From Andalucia godoyi And28 (lineage: Eukaryota; Protista; Jakobida), in NCBI GenBank assembly GCA_009859145.1, contig VRVR01000023.1, positions 255,494 to 319,493 of the forward strand: a stretch of 64,000 nucleotides of DNA, given 5' to 3'. Under the pieces are notes generated by a model. It saw nothing but the letters and a program-made list of their open reading frames with translations, was not told where the DNA came from and searched no databases. Shown here one piece after another: positions 60,390 through 64,000 of this stretch (positions are counted from its first letter, which is position 1; each line of letters opens with the position of its first letter). The position numbers were made by a program, and so were the translations under genes.

Positions 60390-63173
60390 ATGAGTTCTAG
60401 CAATCGGTCTGCATTCAGTTTGACCGAAAGTCAACGGCACGCCCTGGCCACGATACATCCCTTGAATTTGGAAGTTTTTCTGGAGCTACCCGCCGATGCG
60501 GTTCCGATTCCGTTACTGAGCCCCGGGGAGTTGCTTGATCGACATTATGAAACCCTTATTTCTAACAATCCAGGCTCAGAATCCGCCATCACGCAGTGTT
60601 TTAAGGCAAATCTCGAAGCATGCAAAGCATTCAGCAGTGGCAACGCAGCTATTGTCATATCGTCACTGGAAAAGGTAATCAAGATTCGCAGATTAGTTTT
60701 CGAGCCTTCTGATCCAGAATTCCTGGATGCACTGCGGTTGCTGCTCGTGACTCTGAACGACTTTTCAATTGATCTGATTCGAAGCGAGCAATATGCCCAA
60801 GCCTATCACATGCTTGAAACTATGCGATCGTATGCAGAAAAGTTTCTTTCTGGTGTGGAACGAGACATGTTTCGTTGCATTCATAGCCAGAATGTTGCAG
60901 TGTATTTCATTCGCAAGAAGCAGTATGCTGCTGCCCAGCGGTCTTTGCATAAGTCCCTGCATTTGTTCTCGATACTTGGGCTGGAGGCATGGCTGTTTCT
61001 TGGCTCTGTGAGAATGTCCGCGATTTTATTGGAAATGGGCAAACATGAAGATGTGAAAGCGTTACTGATGGACTGCATCGCCATGATGGATGCCATTGAA
61101 CGGAGCATGGCTGCTCCTTCCGGGACGAACAATGGGTCAGGCTCCAATAGTATGGAGGGATCTGCGTCTGCTCATTCTTCTCACGAGTTCACGTCATCGT
61201 CTCCTACAACAAGCTCTACTACGGGCACCCCGTCTGCTCTTTCGAGTTCGACTGGGGCGTTCCCGATTTTTGCCAAAGTGTTGAACATGCCTCACCAGCT
61301 GCGCTGGGTCTCTGAAATCGTCCGAACATTGGATTTGTTTACAGCCTCGCGCGTTGCCGCATACCATAATCTTGCAGTTTGGGAGCTTAACCAGCGAAGA
61401 TTTGCAGATGCTGTGGTACATGTTCGTCAAGCAAAAGATCTTGGGAGATCCTACTTAGGAACTGGGCATCGTTGGATGCGAATCATGGACAAAACAGACC
61501 ATACTGCATCGCAAATGCTATTTGATGCCGAAGCATATCGCAAAATTTCTGGCTACGGTGATGTGGGGCGTGCGCAAAGCAGCAATCGTTTGCTGTCTTC
61601 TGCGAATCTGTCGACCCTGCACCCTGGAAAGACCGCTGCCGACGGACATGGATTTTTGGGAAAGTCGAACGCCCAGAGAGTAGACATGTCTCTTGCAGAT
61701 GAACTGGAGCAAATAGGGTTTCTGTCGGCAGAGAATGACGCGACGTCCAAAGCACGTCTCTCGAAATCGCCATATGTGTCAAAGTCGACTGTGCCTTTGC
61801 TTCATTCAGTCCCTTCATTATCTCCTCAGCCGCCACTCATACAAACAATGCGTTCTCTGTCTTCCTCGTTGATCCAGTCAAGGTCACCTCGTGCTGGAAG
61901 AAGTGGTAGTAGTTCTCACCGGGCAGTAACTGCCAGAGAGGATGCAAAAACCCGATTGGTGTCGTATGTTGGACGCGTGCGAAATTTGACTGATACTATG
62001 GAAATGGTTGAAGAAGGGAAGCTTCTCAAGAAGACAGAGCCCCAGAATAACAGGAAGATGCAGGCGAACATGCCAAGGCAAGCTGCCCCCACGCCGCATC
62101 GTCCTCTTCTCAAACCATCAACCTCCGCAAAAACAACACCACGATCCCAGTCGACGTCTGTCAAAAGAGCTTCTGTGGTCATGCAGAGACAACCTGAGCA
62201 ACAGAATGTTATCCCCAAGTCTGCTCCGCATGGAAAGTCGAATAAGAAAGACGGATCCAATCATCGATCATTAGCAACCGTCGTTCGTAAATCCGCTCCC
62301 ATTGCGGCTTCTCGACGCAGCAAAAGTGTTCCAAAAAGCATCCATGTTTCGTCTTCATCGTCAATCACGATTCCGAAATCTGCGCCGGTATATGATGAGT
62401 CTTCTGGGTACGAGGATGATGAATTTGAGCAAATCATGGAAGATGCATCTTCCGGCTTCTCGTCCATCTCTGTATCGTCTGAAACTCCGCAACAAAAGGT
62501 TCTGAAGGAAGTGTCGACGGAAACACTGTCTTTTGAAGAACTGGTTCTAGAACACATGAAACTGCTTCGGTACATTGGTGATTCTGACGGGGCGACGGGA
62601 AAGGGACATCCATTTGACTCGTTGCAGGTGTCACCAGAGCCTGAGCCCGTCTCGTTTCGCACGTCAAGCGATGCCCCTGCAAGCAATTTGCAGGCAGAAA
62701 ACGTCGATCGCGCGGTTCGTCGGAGCGTCAGATCGGCTGGCACGCTTGCCGAGACAGGTAGTGTGCCGCTCTCTTCGTTAGAGGCACAGCGTGTTGAAGA
62801 TGCGTTTCTGGATTCTCTTTCAGCGCAGTCCTCTCCGGAGCGGCTCAGCTACTCTATGGACCGGTTACGTCCTTCGGTTCAACCTAATCTGCATGGAGAC
62901 TCTTTTGACGACAAGTCACAACGAAGTGGTGGTCAGCAACCGTTACCCCTGTCAGGCGGCAACATGGTAGTGGCCGTTGAAGGCGCGTTTGTCTCCAATG
63001 TTCAATCTCCACGCCCTTCATCTCGTCAGAGACCCAAGAATTCGCGGATGGTTGTTCTTGACACTCCATCGCCTGCGTCCTTTGATGATCGCCGATCTGA
63101 CATATTTGACCTGAGTTCTCCTTCTCATCTGGATTCGAATGACGACATGAACTATGAAGAATTCTCAACATGA
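60390..63173 (+). CDS. TPR-containing protein with a long disordered Ser/Pro-rich C-terminus (~927 aa)
   Basis: HSQNVAVYFIRKKQYAAAQRSLHKSL and AYHNLAVWELNQRRFADAVVHVRQA are TPR-like; first ATG at 60390. Confidence 0.75.
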   Translation: MSSSNRSAFSLTESQRHALATIHPLNLEVFLELPADAVPIPLLSPGELLDRHYETLISNNPGSESAITQCFKANLEACKAFSSGNAAIVISSLEKVIKIRRLVFEPSDPEFLDALRLLLVTLNDFSIDLIRSEQYAQAYHMLETMRSYAEKFLSGVERDMFRCIHSQNVAVYFIRKKQYAAAQRSLHKSLHLFSILGLEAWLFLGSVRMSAILLEMGKHEDVKALLMDCIAMMDAIERSMAAPSGTNNGSGSNSMEGSASAHSSHEFTSSSPTTSSTTGTPSALSSSTGAFPIFAKVLNMPHQLRWVSEIVRTLDLFTASRVAAYHNLAVWELNQRRFADAVVHVRQAKDLGRSYLGTGHRWMRIMDKTDHTASQMLFDAEAYRKISGYGDVGRAQSSNRLLSSANLSTLHPGKTAADGHGFLGKSNAQRVDMSLADELEQIGFLSAENDATSKARLSKSPYVSKSTVPLLHSVPSLSPQPPLIQTMRSLSSSLIQSRSPRAGRSGSSSHRAVTAREDAKTRLVSYVGRVRNLTDTMEMVEEGKLLKKTEPQNNRKMQANMPRQAAPTPHRPLLKPSTSAKTTPRSQSTSVKRASVVMQRQPEQQNVIPKSAPHGKSNKKDGSNHRSLATVVRKSAPIAASRRSKSVPKSIHVSSSSSITIPKSAPVYDESSGYEDDEFEQIMEDASSGFSSISVSSETPQQKVLKEVSTETLSFEELVLEHMKLLRYIGDSDGATGKGHPFDSLQVSPEPEPVSFRTSSDAPASNLQAENVDRAVRRSVRSAGTLAETGSVPLSSLEAQRVEDAFLDSLSAQSSPERLSYSMDRLRPSVQPNLHGDSFDDKSQRSGGQQPLPLSGGNMVVAVEGAFVSNVQSPRPSSRQRPKNSRMVVLDTPSPASFDDRRSDIFDLSSPSHLDSNDDMNYEEFST

Positions 63174-63371
63174 TTGGCAATGTACAGCGTTTTCCCTTCC
63201 TGAATAGTTTTTTATTCGCATTTATTGACAACATTTGTTTGTGTGAACGAAACTCTTCAAAACGGAATGGGAGGAGGAACAAAAACAACATAAAAATCAT
63301 CAATCTAATCAAACTCACGAAGTCAACAATGTCTCGCTGTCTTCTTCCAGCCTTTGCGGTCGTTGCATGGA

Positions 63372-63884
63372 TCACAAAGTGCAAGTAACGGAAACGTTGG
63401 AAGCACGAGTCTGGAGAATCAGACCAGTGATGAGTCCGTACAGTCCAAGAGCTTCTGCGAAAATCAGGATCAGGATCATACCGACATAAAGCTTCGGCTG
63501 TTGAGCAGTCGCACGAACTCCAGCGTCACCAACGATGCCAATGGCCATACCTGCTGCTAGCGCAGAAAGACCGACGGCAAGACCGGCAGCCAAATGTGCA
63601 TATCCCTTGAACGCAGAGTACTTGTCCGGGGAATCCACATTCGTTCCGATCAAAACGGCCATGATCAGCCCGTAGATACCGAGAACACCAGCCATAACGA
63701 CGGGAACGATCGACTTCATCACAAGTTCCGGACGCATGACACCCATCGATGCAACTCCCACACCAGATTTGGCGGTTCCGTACGCGGCTCCAAGGTTCGC
63801 GAAAACGAGTGCAGATGCGCATCCAATCATTCCGAAGAATGCTGCCGACGCAGGGCAGAGGTTGTAGTTGATGTTTGACGACAT
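63372..63884 (-). CDS. ATP6V0C: V-type ATPase 16-kDa proteolipid subunit c
   Basis: [63 protein letters not shown] with the conserved proton-binding Glu. Confidence 0.97.
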   Translation of the reverse strand: MSSNINYNLCPASAAFFGMIGCASALVFANLGAAYGTAKSGVGVASMGVMRPELVMKSIVPVVMAGVLGIYGLIMAVLIGTNVDSPDKYSAFKGYAHLAAGLAVGLSALAAGMAIGIVGDAGVRATAQQPKLYVGMILILIFAEALGLYGLITGLILQTRASNVSVTCTL

Positions 63885-63963
63885 TTCTATTTGTTAGCGG
63901 TGATCAAAGACGGGGCACGGCAGAAGTGATTAAAAGAAAAGACGGAAAGGGAAAAGGGAAAAG

Positions 63964-63965
<2 letters not shown>

Positions 63966-64000
<35 letters not shown>
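63966..64000. repeat. (GA)n microsatellite, truncated by the window edge
   Basis: Direct read. Confidence 0.9.

Overview
Eukaryotic, gene-dense, intron-poor chromosomal DNA read in the standard genetic code. About 30 protein genes are separated by short gaps rich in homopolymers and microsatellites, and many form head-to-head or tail-to-tail pairs. Ciliary genes (DNAAF4, ARMC9, ARL16, CEP112/DUF4485-like) point to a flagellated protist; a compact jakobid-like genome would fit, but the species cannot be named from sequence alone. Recognisable genes: TTI1 (runs off the left edge, missed by the ORF track), ERCC1, an RRP8-type methyltransferase, aromatic amino-acid decarboxylase, a P2C-like ATPase, a DinB-family protein, PDS5, VMA22/CCDC115, ISWI, an F-box+RWD protein, a mitochondrial carrier, a GOLD-domain protein, SLC33A1, RAD21, an ependymin-like secreted protein, an IP3R/RyR-family channel and V-ATPase subunit c. 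Five spliceosomal introns were reconstructed by hand. The most interesting observations are: (1) an unannotated, heavily base-paired ncRNA candidate of about 325-665 nt at 15.1-15.8 kb; (2) an RRM domain inserted inside ISWI; (3) a ~238-bp element present twice in inverted orientation; (4) altered ion-binding or filter residues in the P2C ATPase and the IP3R-like channel; (5) a -1 frameshift at a T7 run in the GOLD gene; (6) minimal uORFs touching the start codons of TTI1 and ARL16. No tRNA, rRNA, CRISPR array or transposase was seen. All family assignments come from recalled motifs, not database searches.
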